Source: Mucilaginibacter sp. 44-25
GTDB taxonomy: Bacteria > Bacteroidota > Bacteroidia > Sphingobacteriales > Sphingobacteriaceae
Direction: 5' to 3'
Assembly (NCBI RefSeq): GCF_001898335.1
Contig: NZ_MKTS01000007.1
Coordinates: 9,311-73,310 of the forward strand
DNA: 64,000 bases
This document shows, one piece after another, positions 9,435 through 18,552 of the stretch (positions are counted from its first letter, which is position 1; every line of letters begins with the position of its first letter). The notes under the pieces are model-generated. The model ran no database searches and had not been told where the DNA came from. It saw nothing but the letters and a program-made list of their open reading frames with translations. Made by a program: the position numbers and the translations under genes.

Positions 9435-9913
9435 AGAGAGATGTAATACATATTAGCATATCTTTTAAGTTCACTATTGTCTTTTGTTAGCGGCTTATCA
9501 TCTATCAGCAGCTCATCTATATTATATTTGCTGGTATTCATTACTGCTTTCAATTTGTATTCTTTATCAAGCTTCAGATAGAATACTTTATCAACCGAGT
9601 TAACCAAAAAATTTACTGGTAAATAGAGCGAATAATACTGAAACGCTTTTTCGCCATAGATCATTGGTAGTTTGAGTGAAAACTGGAGTGGTGTGGCCTG
9701 TCCCGAAGCGTCCTTAATGTAAAATTGTATTTGGGATGCAGTAAAAGCACCATCTTTTTTATCATCAAGCAGGTCTGTTCCGTTGGCATTTATTACGGCA
9801 AAATTAACATCGGGAACTCTTATGGGTGGTTCGCAGCCACATAGTTTGTTGATCTTTTTGCAGGCAATAGTAACAACAAACATTACTACAAGAAGTGCTA
9901 TCGTCTTTTTCAT
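9431..9913 (-). CDS. Hypothetical lipoprotein
   Basis: Signal peptide with lipobox VTIAC followed by KK; no recognised domain. Confidence 0.7.
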   Translation of the reverse strand: MKKTIALLVVMFVVTIACKKINKLCGCEPPIRVPDVNFAVINANGTDLLDDKKDGAFTASQIQFYIKDASGQATPLQFSLKLPMIYGEKAFQYYSLYLPVNFLVNSVDKVFYLKLDKEYKLKAVMNTSKYNIDELLIDDKPLTKDNSELKRYANMYYISL

Positions 9914-10020
9914 GATATGGTTTAATTTTAGTTACGAATTTATTAAACAGTATGCTACACCTGTAATAAATAATTATGCGTATGCCTCGTAATTAGTTGT
10001 ACATTAGTTGATAAGAAAAT

Positions 10021-10905
10021 ATGATTATGTATTGTAAATATTTGCTTGTTTTAATCTTCACCGTCTATGCAAGCGTTGGTTATACGCAGGTAAAAAGCAA
10101 AAGGACTCCTGTTTTGGCCAGCAGAACAATTTTCTTTGATGACTTCGCAAAAGGTAAGCTTGACCGTAGTAAATGGACGCCGGTTGTTACAGGCATGCAC
10201 GTTAATGATGAGTTACAGGCTTACGTAGATTCGGGCAAGGTTATATCTTTCACTAAAGGTAATGCAGAGGGGGCTACCAACGGAGCCCTGGTATTGAGCC
10301 CTACGTATTCGCCCGGATTTAAAACATTCGATGGCCAGCAGTTTGATTTCATATCGGGCCGTATCAACACTAAAGATAAGTTTGACTTTACTTATGGCAC
10401 GGCGTCGGCGCGTATTAAAATAACATCCGGCGATGGCTTATGGCCGGCATGGTGGATGCTGGGGTATGGTAACTGGCCCGATTGCGGCGAAACAGATATT
10501 ATGGAGTTTGTTGGCGAAGCTGACTGGGCAAGCGCTGCCGTTCACGGTCCGCATTATAGCGGCGAAACGCCATTTGTGAACCGAATGTATTTTAGCCGGG
10601 ATAGAGATGTTACGCACTGGCATATATATTCGGTTGAGTGGACGCCCGAAAGCTTACTGTTTAAATTTGATGGCGTACCTATGTTTAGGGTGAATAAAGC
10701 AATGGCCGAACACTATGGCAACTGGGTATTTACCAACAAGCAATATCTTATATTGAATTTCGCGGTGGGAGGGGTATACCCATTTAAGGTGAACGGTATT
10801 AAAAAGCCTTATTATGGGTTATCCCAGAAAACATTGGATTTAATACGTGCCGGTAAAGCAAAAATGATTGTAGACTGGGTGAAGGTAACTCAAAATGTTA
10901 GATAA
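10021..10905 (+). CDS. Glycoside hydrolase family 16 (beta-glucanase/laminarinase-like), secreted
   Basis: Signal peptide, FFDDF, SGRINT, GLWPAWW, catalytic ExDxxE motif (GETDIME), WHIYSVEW, LILNFAVGG. Confidence 0.92.
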   Translation: MIMYCKYLLVLIFTVYASVGYTQVKSKRTPVLASRTIFFDDFAKGKLDRSKWTPVVTGMHVNDELQAYVDSGKVISFTKGNAEGATNGALVLSPTYSPGFKTFDGQQFDFISGRINTKDKFDFTYGTASARIKITSGDGLWPAWWMLGYGNWPDCGETDIMEFVGEADWASAAVHGPHYSGETPFVNRMYFSRDRDVTHWHIYSVEWTPESLLFKFDGVPMFRVNKAMAEHYGNWVFTNKQYLILNFAVGGVYPFKVNGIKKPYYGLSQKTLDLIRAGKAKMIVDWVKVTQNVR

Positions 10906-10908
10906 CCA

Positions 10909-13497
10909 TTAAAACCGGTAGTTAAACGATAAATAATGTATTGACCCTTCGGTTGAAAAGCCTTGTGAATATTGAATTGATATCAGATCGGCGGGATTAA
11001 TAAATATTCCACCACCGTAACCATCATGCCAATTGGAGGATGCCTCACCCGGCACCCAAACACGACCTACATCGTTAAATCCCGTAATACCAATAGATCC
11101 CGGGAAAAGGTAAGAGTTAAAATTGAATACTTTAAGCCTGAATTCTAATCCATTATAGGCCATGCTTTTGCCGGTGAACCGCCATGTATGGTAACCCCTC
11201 AAAGTTTGCAATCCTCCAAGTTTTAACTGCTGAAAGTATTCGGCATTACCTATTGTTGTACCCCAGCCTGTTCTGCCGGCAATAATTAACGTAGAATCGC
11301 CTCCGGGGTTAAGAAAAAAGCTAAACTCTGTAGATAATTGCGCATACTGTTTATGAGCATTATTGAGTTGTTGCAGGCCGGTTACATTAGTTGTCCAGTA
11401 AATGCCTTTGGTAGGGATAACACTGTTACGGGTATCATAGGTAAAACCGGTAATGAATCCGGCGTAGGCACTGCTGGAAAAAACACTTTGATCAGGGTGG
11501 GATTGATCATAAACCTGAAGGAATTTTTGGTTGTTATTGGCGACATTACTGGTGTAATATTGTCCAGCTAAACCCGCATATACAACGAGTTTGTTAAAAT
11601 TGTGCGACAAACTGATATTGGCATTCACCAGATCATACCGGTTGCGATAGTATTCGACGGGCTTTTGCAGATCACCTTTTTCATCGGTGGTATGGTTCTG
11701 CTCAAAAACGGTTTCGTTACCAATGCCAAAAAAGTTATTGACACGGTTGGGGCCCAGCGAGTGTACATTGATGTTAAGGTTATTATTGCCTACAGCCTTT
11801 TTGAAAATGCCCTGGTAGGTTAGCTCAAATGAATGCCTTGCCAACGAATAATTAACTAAAAACTCGTTCCGTGAAGCATATGGCTCTTTTCTGAAACCGT
11901 GCTTAGTAACAGCAAAACCGGCAATTAATGATAGCCCATAATCATTATTATAATTGGCCAGAATAATCGGCTCCGATCGGTCAAACTTGTAATTTTCCCG
12001 GTTGTAGGTATTTACTGCTGTATCGGCAGAAAGTCTTAAAGTAGCTTTAGATTTTCCTGAAATAATATTCTCCTGGTCAGATCGGTCATAAACCGATAGC
12101 CTATGCTTTACATTATCGGCGAAATTAAAGGTATCAACGCCACTACCACCTATTAAACGTATTTTTATAGGCGATTTGCCGGAGCCGGTGACATTAAAAT
12201 CATCATCACCATCAAATCCATATAGTCTTACTTCCTTAGTTTGTTTAGCAATAAACGTTCTGTGGTAAACAAGCTGCTTCTCTTTGTCGCTCTTTGCGAT
12301 TTTATGCACGGTAACATCAATCATGCTGTCTATTAAATAATTGATGTCAAACTTTTCCCGTTTATCAGATGCCGGTATATCCACAATTTTGGCCAAAAAG
12401 TAATAATAGGTCATGCCCCAGTCTGGCATATGATCTCGCCGGGCTTTCATGGTGTTAATGAGTTGGTGTGCCGATAGTGCGTAAATTTTAGGGGGAAGCC
12501 GCTTAAATGCAGCTTCAATTACTTCATTGGTCAGGTGTTGCTGTATGTAGCTGATCTGTTCATGCCAGTCAGCTTCATCTAATCCGTTTAAAAAATACCG
12601 ATCAAAATATTGCGCGTTGATATTCCACGCTTTAACGTCTCTTATGTTTTGTTGGTAGGGTTGGAATTTAGATTTTAACCATTGATGAGCAACAATCCAG
12701 GGAAGTATGCCGGAAGTTTGGTAGTAAACCTGATCGCGGTCGCGAGGTATGGGGGTATAAACTGTCTGCTTCCCATTTTTGTGTTTTTCCCATCTCCATT
12801 GATCTTCATGCCGGTCCCAATCTCCGAGGAGCATATCCAATAACCGGGCCCTCAACACTATTTTTGCATCAAAGGTTACATCATTATCCTCTTTTATTTT
12901 TTTCTGTACCTTAAAGGTGTTGTCGGTCTTAGTAGCATCCTCAGGCTGTCGTTCTTCAAAGAGGTATACTTTGTTCGCGTAGTCTTTTCTATATTCTCCT
13001 AAAGCTTCATCATCAGCAAGGTAAACTATTTCCGGATGGGTATGCTCAATATTCAAAGCCTCTGCAAGAGGAGGAACGGTAAGCGCCGCGAAGGGATTAG
13101 CGGTTGATACCTGGTCCTGCAGAATATCGCGCGCTACAGACTTGCGAAGTTTTGGTGATAAAACCCTTGCGGCATCCTTTTGAACAGAGCGCAAAACCCA
13201 TTCCTGCCCACTTGTATCTTTTAGCCGCAGCGATGATGTTTGCATGCCACCGCCTTTCCGTTCAATTAACAGCCCACCTTTTTCCTTTTGTATATGCAGA
13301 ACCCGTAGTTTAACCGGAACGGCCCAAAGCCTGCGATAATTCTCGCCTAACAATACTCTATGTAATTTGCTTACCCTGTTATATTGCGGCGCAATAGCAA
13401 CGGTAATGCTATCGTTTTTTATGGTTTGTGCGTAGGTAGTTGCACACATGGTTAAAGCCATCACAAACGCTTTTGTTAGTAATAATAAATGCTTCAT
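10909..13497 (-). CDS. Outer membrane protein: atypical kinase-like N-terminal domain + Gly/Asp repeats + Omp85-like beta-barrel (copy A)
   Basis: Signal peptide; GGGMQT, WVLRS, LLDMLLGDWDRHEDQW, PRDRDQ; GFDGDD and GGSGVD repeats; barrel with YDTRN, TLRGYHTWRFTG, FNDVGRVW; ends FNYRF. Confidence 0.8.
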   Translation of the reverse strand: MKHLLLLTKAFVMALTMCATTYAQTIKNDSITVAIAPQYNRVSKLHRVLLGENYRRLWAVPVKLRVLHIQKEKGGLLIERKGGGMQTSSLRLKDTSGQEWVLRSVQKDAARVLSPKLRKSVARDILQDQVSTANPFAALTVPPLAEALNIEHTHPEIVYLADDEALGEYRKDYANKVYLFEERQPEDATKTDNTFKVQKKIKEDNDVTFDAKIVLRARLLDMLLGDWDRHEDQWRWEKHKNGKQTVYTPIPRDRDQVYYQTSGILPWIVAHQWLKSKFQPYQQNIRDVKAWNINAQYFDRYFLNGLDEADWHEQISYIQQHLTNEVIEAAFKRLPPKIYALSAHQLINTMKARRDHMPDWGMTYYYFLAKIVDIPASDKREKFDINYLIDSMIDVTVHKIAKSDKEKQLVYHRTFIAKQTKEVRLYGFDGDDDFNVTGSGKSPIKIRLIGGSGVDTFNFADNVKHRLSVYDRSDQENIISGKSKATLRLSADTAVNTYNRENYKFDRSEPIILANYNNDYGLSLIAGFAVTKHGFRKEPYASRNEFLVNYSLARHSFELTYQGIFKKAVGNNNLNINVHSLGPNRVNNFFGIGNETVFEQNHTTDEKGDLQKPVEYYRNRYDLVNANISLSHNFNKLVVYAGLAGQYYTSNVANNNQKFLQVYDQSHPDQSVFSSSAYAGFITGFTYDTRNSVIPTKGIYWTTNVTGLQQLNNAHKQYAQLSTEFSFFLNPGGDSTLIIAGRTGWGTTIGNAEYFQQLKLGGLQTLRGYHTWRFTGKSMAYNGLEFRLKVFNFNSYLFPGSIGITGFNDVGRVWVPGEASSNWHDGYGGGIFINPADLISIQYSQGFSTEGSIHYLSFNYRF

Positions 13498-13775
13498 GTA
13501 ATGGTTCAGCTAATTAGCTTTAAATATAACTTGCTGTAATTACATTTTACTAATTCATCATAATAATATCCGCTATTATTATATCTATGCGTTATTAGAA
13601 ACTCTTTGTACGTAGTCTGATTTCTTTCCTTCCGGACATACTTATATCGTGGTGTTCACTATCTGAGCAATGGATTGAGCAATAATGGTAGGTTAAGGAA
13701 CTGCTTAACTAAGCTGGGAAGAAATAGTTTTACCGGTATAACCGGGTATATGCCAAAAGCTTACAGAGTAATAAA

Positions 13776-14663
13776 TTATTTTTTTACCGCAGGCTTGTTG
13801 TACGTAAACTTAAGGATGTTACCGTTTTCAAATTCGTCTCCCTCGTTAGAAATATACAGGTTTCCTTCTTTATCAAAAGCGATGCCTTCCGGCTGGGTAA
13901 ATCGCGAGTGCGGAAGCTTGTAGGTTGCTTTTGCGCGCCACTCGGCATCTGTTATCAACAAAAGATTGTTAGTTGCAGAAAGTATGTACCATAGGCCGTT
14001 TACAGGATTTTTAGCGAGTGCTGAGGGATGAAACGCTTCGTCAGCCCCGTTTTTTTTAGATAATTTCGGTAAGGCTATTTGAAAAGTACTCGTCTGCTTC
14101 AAGTTATTTTCATCGGTAGCATCAATTATATAACCGCCGTTTAGTAAACTTCCGTTTTCGGTATTGCAGTCTTTACATAGCACATATATTTTGTTTGTGG
14201 TGTTATCGATATATAATCCTTCGTATTCGGCTTTGGGAAGTATGCCTTTCAGTTGTTGCACATCAGACGGTTTTGGCTGTTTAATTTGCTCAATAGGAAA
14301 AGTAAACAAAGTGCCGTTACTTTTAAGCACGATGATACGGTTGTGAAGAATGCCGATATCCTCATAATCTCCTTGTTTAGCAAAGTGTGTGTAAGCCGGC
14401 TTCCGATCGCCGGGTTTAAAATAAAAAACACGCCCGTCTTCGTCCTGAACGGCATATATGGTATCAGCCTCATTATTCTTAAAAGCGATACCAGAAATTT
14501 CGAGCAGGTTTTCGCTCATTTTAAACCGTTGCGGTTTATCCAGTTGATAACCGGGCGGACTTACTATTTTATCGTTGCCGCTGTCAATACACGCCTGCAG
14601 AAAAATAGATAATAGGGCTATGATCAAAAAAATAGGTCTGTTTAAACAGCGTTGGCTTGACAT
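13776..14663 (-). CDS. SdiA-regulated family beta-propeller lipoprotein (copy A)
   Basis: Lipobox FLQAC; blades EISGIAF, DYEDIG, EYEGLY, FHPSALA, QPEGIAFD..LYISNEG. Confidence 0.8.
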   Translation of the reverse strand: MSSQRCLNRPIFLIIALLSIFLQACIDSGNDKIVSPPGYQLDKPQRFKMSENLLEISGIAFKNNEADTIYAVQDEDGRVFYFKPGDRKPAYTHFAKQGDYEDIGILHNRIIVLKSNGTLFTFPIEQIKQPKPSDVQQLKGILPKAEYEGLYIDNTTNKIYVLCKDCNTENGSLLNGGYIIDATDENNLKQTSTFQIALPKLSKKNGADEAFHPSALAKNPVNGLWYILSATNNLLLITDAEWRAKATYKLPHSRFTQPEGIAFDKEGNLYISNEGDEFENGNILKFTYNKPAVKK

Positions 14664-15892
14664 TAGTGCTTAATATTAACAATCGCGAATATCATGAAAG
14701 CTACAACAGATACAATTAGCCCAAACATGAAAATATTATATGAATATCTTAATAAACGGTATTTATGACCTAAAACAACGCCTTGTGAGTAGATATCCGT
14801 AATAAGGCTATCATAAAGGTATTCACTATCATGCATAACTTTCTGCATACCGGCTTTGTAATTTTCAAGGCTCATGCTGTAAAAATTGCCAAAGAAAAGC
14901 AGGTTTACCTTTTTATTATCTAAATCGCTCTGGGTATAGGTTCCATCGGGTATAGATGGCCTGGTGGCCAGTATAGCAAATATCATGGCGGATAAACTTA
15001 CTGCGATAATAAGTGTGGTGGGTATTACAAAGTAGGGGTGGTCTTCTAACCTGCGCAATAGCAAACTGATGATAGCCGACAATATGATGGAATTAACGGT
15101 GATCATGATATGCGCCTTATTGTCGGCAAGGTCGCTTAACCGCTGATGGTTGGTTGAACTCACCCTGAACATGGTTTGGACACCTTTATCCTGCTTATCC
15201 TCTTTTTTCTCTTTGGCAACTGCCAAGCTTTTAGCGTTTTCTTTAACTTTACTCTTTTTGGCCTCTTGTTTGGCTTGTTTCGGATTGTCAACGTTCCATT
15301 CGTTCTCTTTTTTTACCAGTTCAAGCAGGTTTCTTTGCTTTCCGGCATCCAGCAGCAAACGGCAATAGTCCGTATGGTAACGGTGTTGTTCCATTAGGGC
15401 AATAGTTTTTTGGCGCCATTGATGCTTGCTGATATCATGTCCGATAATGTTAATAGCTTCTTTTCTTAGTGCTTTGCTTTTTTCGCTAAAGTTATCTCCA
15501 CCCAGATGGAAAAGGTCAGCATCGCAAATGATCTGCTCTAAAAATGTTTCCGGCTTTTGAGGCATACGGGTAGCCATAATGCATTTTACTACCTGTTCGG
15601 TCACTTCTTCATCTATAGCGATAGAACGCAGGTAGTTTTGAGCTAAATTGGCACTATGTTGTTCATGTTGGTCAAGGCTTTCCAGATAACCGGTATCATG
15701 AAACCAGGCGGCACTTACTACAATAAAATAATCGGTATCATTTAACTGGTAGTGGTTACCAATTTGCATACACGCGGCCGCTACATCCTCAGTGTGCTGC
15801 TGATCATGGTAAACAAGTTTATGATTATGGTGAGTTTCGAAAAAAGTTAAAACATAGTGTTTAACCTGTTCTAATTGCGATTGATAGCTCAT
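14663..15892 (-). CDS. HD-domain protein fused to a Pycsar-effector-like (PycTM/DUF5706) membrane domain
   Basis: HD metal ligands YH..QHT, AWFHDTG, ICDADL. C-terminus LSDLADNKAHIM + 2 TM + ATRP + NLLFFGNF + HKYRLLRYSY + TM. TAATG stop/start overlap with the next gene. Confidence 0.85.
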   Translation of the reverse strand: MSYQSQLEQVKHYVLTFFETHHNHKLVYHDQQHTEDVAAACMQIGNHYQLNDTDYFIVVSAAWFHDTGYLESLDQHEQHSANLAQNYLRSIAIDEEVTEQVVKCIMATRMPQKPETFLEQIICDADLFHLGGDNFSEKSKALRKEAINIIGHDISKHQWRQKTIALMEQHRYHTDYCRLLLDAGKQRNLLELVKKENEWNVDNPKQAKQEAKKSKVKENAKSLAVAKEKKEDKQDKGVQTMFRVSSTNHQRLSDLADNKAHIMITVNSIILSAIISLLLRRLEDHPYFVIPTTLIIAVSLSAMIFAILATRPSIPDGTYTQSDLDNKKVNLLFFGNFYSMSLENYKAGMQKVMHDSEYLYDSLITDIYSQGVVLGHKYRLLRYSYNIFMFGLIVSVVAFMIFAIVNIKH

Positions 15893-15990
15893 TTATGGTT
15901 TTGATAATAACTGATAAGCGTAAAAGCCCTTAAATGTTTTATAAAATAGATGTGTACGATGATGGTATCGTGTAGGTTTTGTCTATAAAA

Positions 15991-16473
15991 TTAGTTTTTG
16001 TTTTCCAAACCTTTAGGAAACCTATCAGCAATTAGGTTAAGCTTTACCCCAAACTCCAGCCATGCCTTAAGCCCGGCTAACACCAAAGTAAAGCCACCAG
16101 TTGCATCTATTACACTTTTCATTTGTTCATCCTTGCTGCCTTTAAATCCTGAATTGATGATCTGTACAAATGTAGCAGTATCAGTTACTGCGGTAAATTT
16201 CCATTCAACAATTGTAGGCGTTTCGCTGCCCCACTCAAGTACAATAAGTTTATTGCGTTCAAAGGCTTTAACCTTTACAGGAATAGAGTGACCATACATT
16301 TCCCATGTCCATGTCAAATCTGCATCTGGCTGTATTTTTCCGGTGCTATGGGTAAACCAAAACTGGGTGGTGTGTTTAGGGTCGCATACGGCATCAAAAA
16401 CTTTACCTGCCGGCCTGTGTATAAGCATACCGGTATCAGCAACAGGTCCTCTTGCAGCGGATTGTTTTTTCAT
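15991..16473 (-). CDS. SRPBCC/AHSA1 (YndB-like) ligand-binding protein
   Basis: IHRPAGKVFDA..DP..TTQFWFT, TIVEWKF, STGGFTLVLAGLKAWLE-type signature (here ATGGFTLVLAGLKAWLE). Confidence 0.88.
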   Translation of the reverse strand: MKKQSAARGPVADTGMLIHRPAGKVFDAVCDPKHTTQFWFTHSTGKIQPDADLTWTWEMYGHSIPVKVKAFERNKLIVLEWGSETPTIVEWKFTAVTDTATFVQIINSGFKGSKDEQMKSVIDATGGFTLVLAGLKAWLEFGVKLNLIADRFPKGLENKN

Positions 16474-16554
16474 GAGAGTAAATTTAAGTTAATTTTTGAT
16501 ACAACGATGCATCCCTGCATCCTACAACACTTGTGTCGCATTTATACCGGTATA

Positions 16555-16570
16555 TTGTCATTTATGACAA
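16555..16570. promoter_or_regulatory. Palindromic operator candidate between divergent SRPBCC and DoxX genes
   Basis: TTGTCA-TTTA-TGACAA perfect inverted repeat, upstream of a TAAATTTG -7 element at 16594-16601. Confidence 0.45.
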
Positions 16571-16647
16571 CTTCTCTTGAAGCCTTTTCAGTTTAAATTT
16601 GCGTTATGAGGTTTATACATTAAATTAGTAACATACCAAACCTAAAT

Positions 16648-17013
16648 ATGATGAAAAAAGTAAACATTGCTTATTGGATCTTCACTATCCTGTTGGTGTT
16701 AATGATGGGTTTTTCTGCCGTAATGAGTTTCAAACGTACGCCGGAAAGCGATCAAATGATGGCCCATATAGGAATTGCCCCGGCACTTATGCCTTTTCTT
16801 GCGGTACTTAAACTACTTGGCATAGCCGCTTTACTTACACCAGGCTTAAAAAGACTAAAAGAATGGGCTTATGCCGGTTTTACATTCGATGTTTTAGGTG
16901 CCATCTACCTGTTCATAGCAGCCGGTGATCCTGTAAAGGCCTGGGCGCCGATTATTGTAGCGTTGATGCTGATATTCGGGTCATACATCTGCTGGCGTAA
17001 GAAAACAGCTTAA
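16648..17013 (+). CDS. DoxX family membrane protein
   Basis: AYWIFT, LKLLGIAALLTPG..RLKEWAYAGF.FDVLGA (DoxX-like pattern); four TM segments. Confidence 0.88.
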   Translation: MMKKVNIAYWIFTILLVLMMGFSAVMSFKRTPESDQMMAHIGIAPALMPFLAVLKLLGIAALLTPGLKRLKEWAYAGFTFDVLGAIYLFIAAGDPVKAWAPIIVALMLIFGSYICWRKKTA

Positions 17014-17034
17014 TATTAGATAGGAAAACCTGTT

Positions 17035-17071
17035 TAAAAATAAAGCCGTACCCCATCGCGACGTACGGCTT
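17035..17071 (-). terminator. Intrinsic terminator between convergent DoxX gene and efflux operon
   Basis: AAGCCGTAC-N11-GTACGGCTT (17043-17071), followed by a T-rich run on the minus strand. Confidence 0.75.
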
Positions 17072-17105
17072 CAATCATTAAAACACGAGTAGAAACAAAA
17101 CTATC

Positions 17106-18551
17106 TTATCTCCAGCCACCTCCAAGAGCACGGTAGAGGTTTACTTCGCTTATAAATACATCTCTTTTGATATTGGCTAATTCCAGCTCGGCCGTCAGTA
17201 CATCTCGTTGCGCGGTAATTACTTCCAGATAGTTGGCGCGGCCTACCACGTAAAGGTCATTGGCCACGCTAACCGCGTTTTTAAGTGCACGCACCTCCAG
17301 CTTTTTTTGCTCAAAATACTTGCTGTAGTTTTCCATGCCTTTGAGGTTATTGATCACTTCCTGGTACCCGTTCAAAACAGTTTTTTGATAATTGAATAGT
17401 GCCGCTTTGCCTTCGGCTATTCTTGAGGCATATTCTGCCTTTAAGCGACCACGATTAAGTACGGGTGCTGTAACATCTGCCAGTAAACCATAAACAGCAG
17501 ATCCCGGATTGAAAAGTAGCGCTCCTTTAAAGGCATTATAGCCGATATATGGAGATAATGTAAGGGACGGAAAAAATGCGGCACGGGCACTTTTAATATC
17601 AGCATTCAACGCGGCTAATTCCAATTCTGCCTGTTTCACATCCGGGCGGTTAAGCAGCATTTGGGTTGGTACGCCGGTTTTTAGCTTCTCCGGCATCGTT
17701 AACGTTAACAGGGAAGTATCACGTTCAATTGTTCCGTTAAATGATCCCGTAAGTAAACGCAATTGGTTCTCCGTTTCTATGATCTGTTGTGCCGTGCTGT
17801 ATTGTAAACCGCGTGTGTGGCTCAGTTGGGCCTCAAATTGCTGCACCGCCAGTTCGGTAGCCCTGCCGCCTAACTTTTGCACCTTAACTATTTCAAGCGC
17901 GTTTTCCTGCAGTTTGATGTTCTTATTGATCACATTCTGCTCCACCTCAAGTGTTAAAAGTTGATAATAGGCAGTAGCAATCTGGCCCGTTAACTCCGTG
18001 GTAAGCAAACGATAGGCACTGCGCGATGCCAGGAAACGCGCCAGGGCGGCATTCTTCTGGTTTTTTAATTTGCCCCACAAGTCAACTTCCCATGATGCCC
18101 TGAAGCCTAAAAACAAGTCGGCGGTAGGGTTGGGGATGCGTTGCTTATCATTGATGTTTGGCGATAGGTTGGTATCGTAGTTACCAACGCCGTTCATGGT
18201 ATAATCTCCATAACGCTCCAAACCTGCACGAGCATTGAAGTTGACCGTTGGCAGCAACAGCGATTTGTTGAACTTTACGTTTGCCGCAGCCATATCAATG
18301 CGCTGCAAAGCCGATTGCAGATCGGGATTTGCCCTTAAAGCGGTGTCTATCAGTTTCAGCAAACGGGCATCTTTAAAAAAACTTGCAGCAGGCAGGTAAC
18401 CTGCGTTTAATGTATCGGTACTGCCATCAAACGTTGCCGGCAAAGGCTCATTTGTTTTCGGCTCGATAGGTTTAAAAGTTTTACACCCTGCCGCCACAAC
18501 CAGCAGCAGGAGTAAAACCGATTTGTATATAGTTGATTGTTTGACGTGCAT
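17106..18551 (-). CDS. RND efflux outer membrane factor (NodT/OprM family lipoprotein)
   Basis: Lipobox VAAGC, ALRANPDL, WEVDLWGKL, RPDVKQAE, AAFFPSL, LYRALGGGW. Confidence 0.95.
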   Translation of the reverse strand: MHVKQSTIYKSVLLLLLVVAAGCKTFKPIEPKTNEPLPATFDGSTDTLNAGYLPAASFFKDARLLKLIDTALRANPDLQSALQRIDMAAANVKFNKSLLLPTVNFNARAGLERYGDYTMNGVGNYDTNLSPNINDKQRIPNPTADLFLGFRASWEVDLWGKLKNQKNAALARFLASRSAYRLLTTELTGQIATAYYQLLTLEVEQNVINKNIKLQENALEIVKVQKLGGRATELAVQQFEAQLSHTRGLQYSTAQQIIETENQLRLLTGSFNGTIERDTSLLTLTMPEKLKTGVPTQMLLNRPDVKQAELELAALNADIKSARAAFFPSLTLSPYIGYNAFKGALLFNPGSAVYGLLADVTAPVLNRGRLKAEYASRIAEGKAALFNYQKTVLNGYQEVINNLKGMENYSKYFEQKKLEVRALKNAVSVANDLYVVGRANYLEVITAQRDVLTAELELANIKRDVFISEVNLYRALGGGWR

Positions 18552-18552
18552 T

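Noticed and set aside
13500-13775. Possible small gene or sRNA in the 278-bp gap of locus A
   Set aside because: AT-rich, with no convincing ORF, hairpin or terminator; the 82-aa plus-strand ORF overlaps the lipoprotein gene antisense.
14663-15892. Canonical two-gene Pycsar anti-phage operon
   Set aside because: No cyclase is adjacent and the effector carries an HD fusion; reported only as Pycsar-related.
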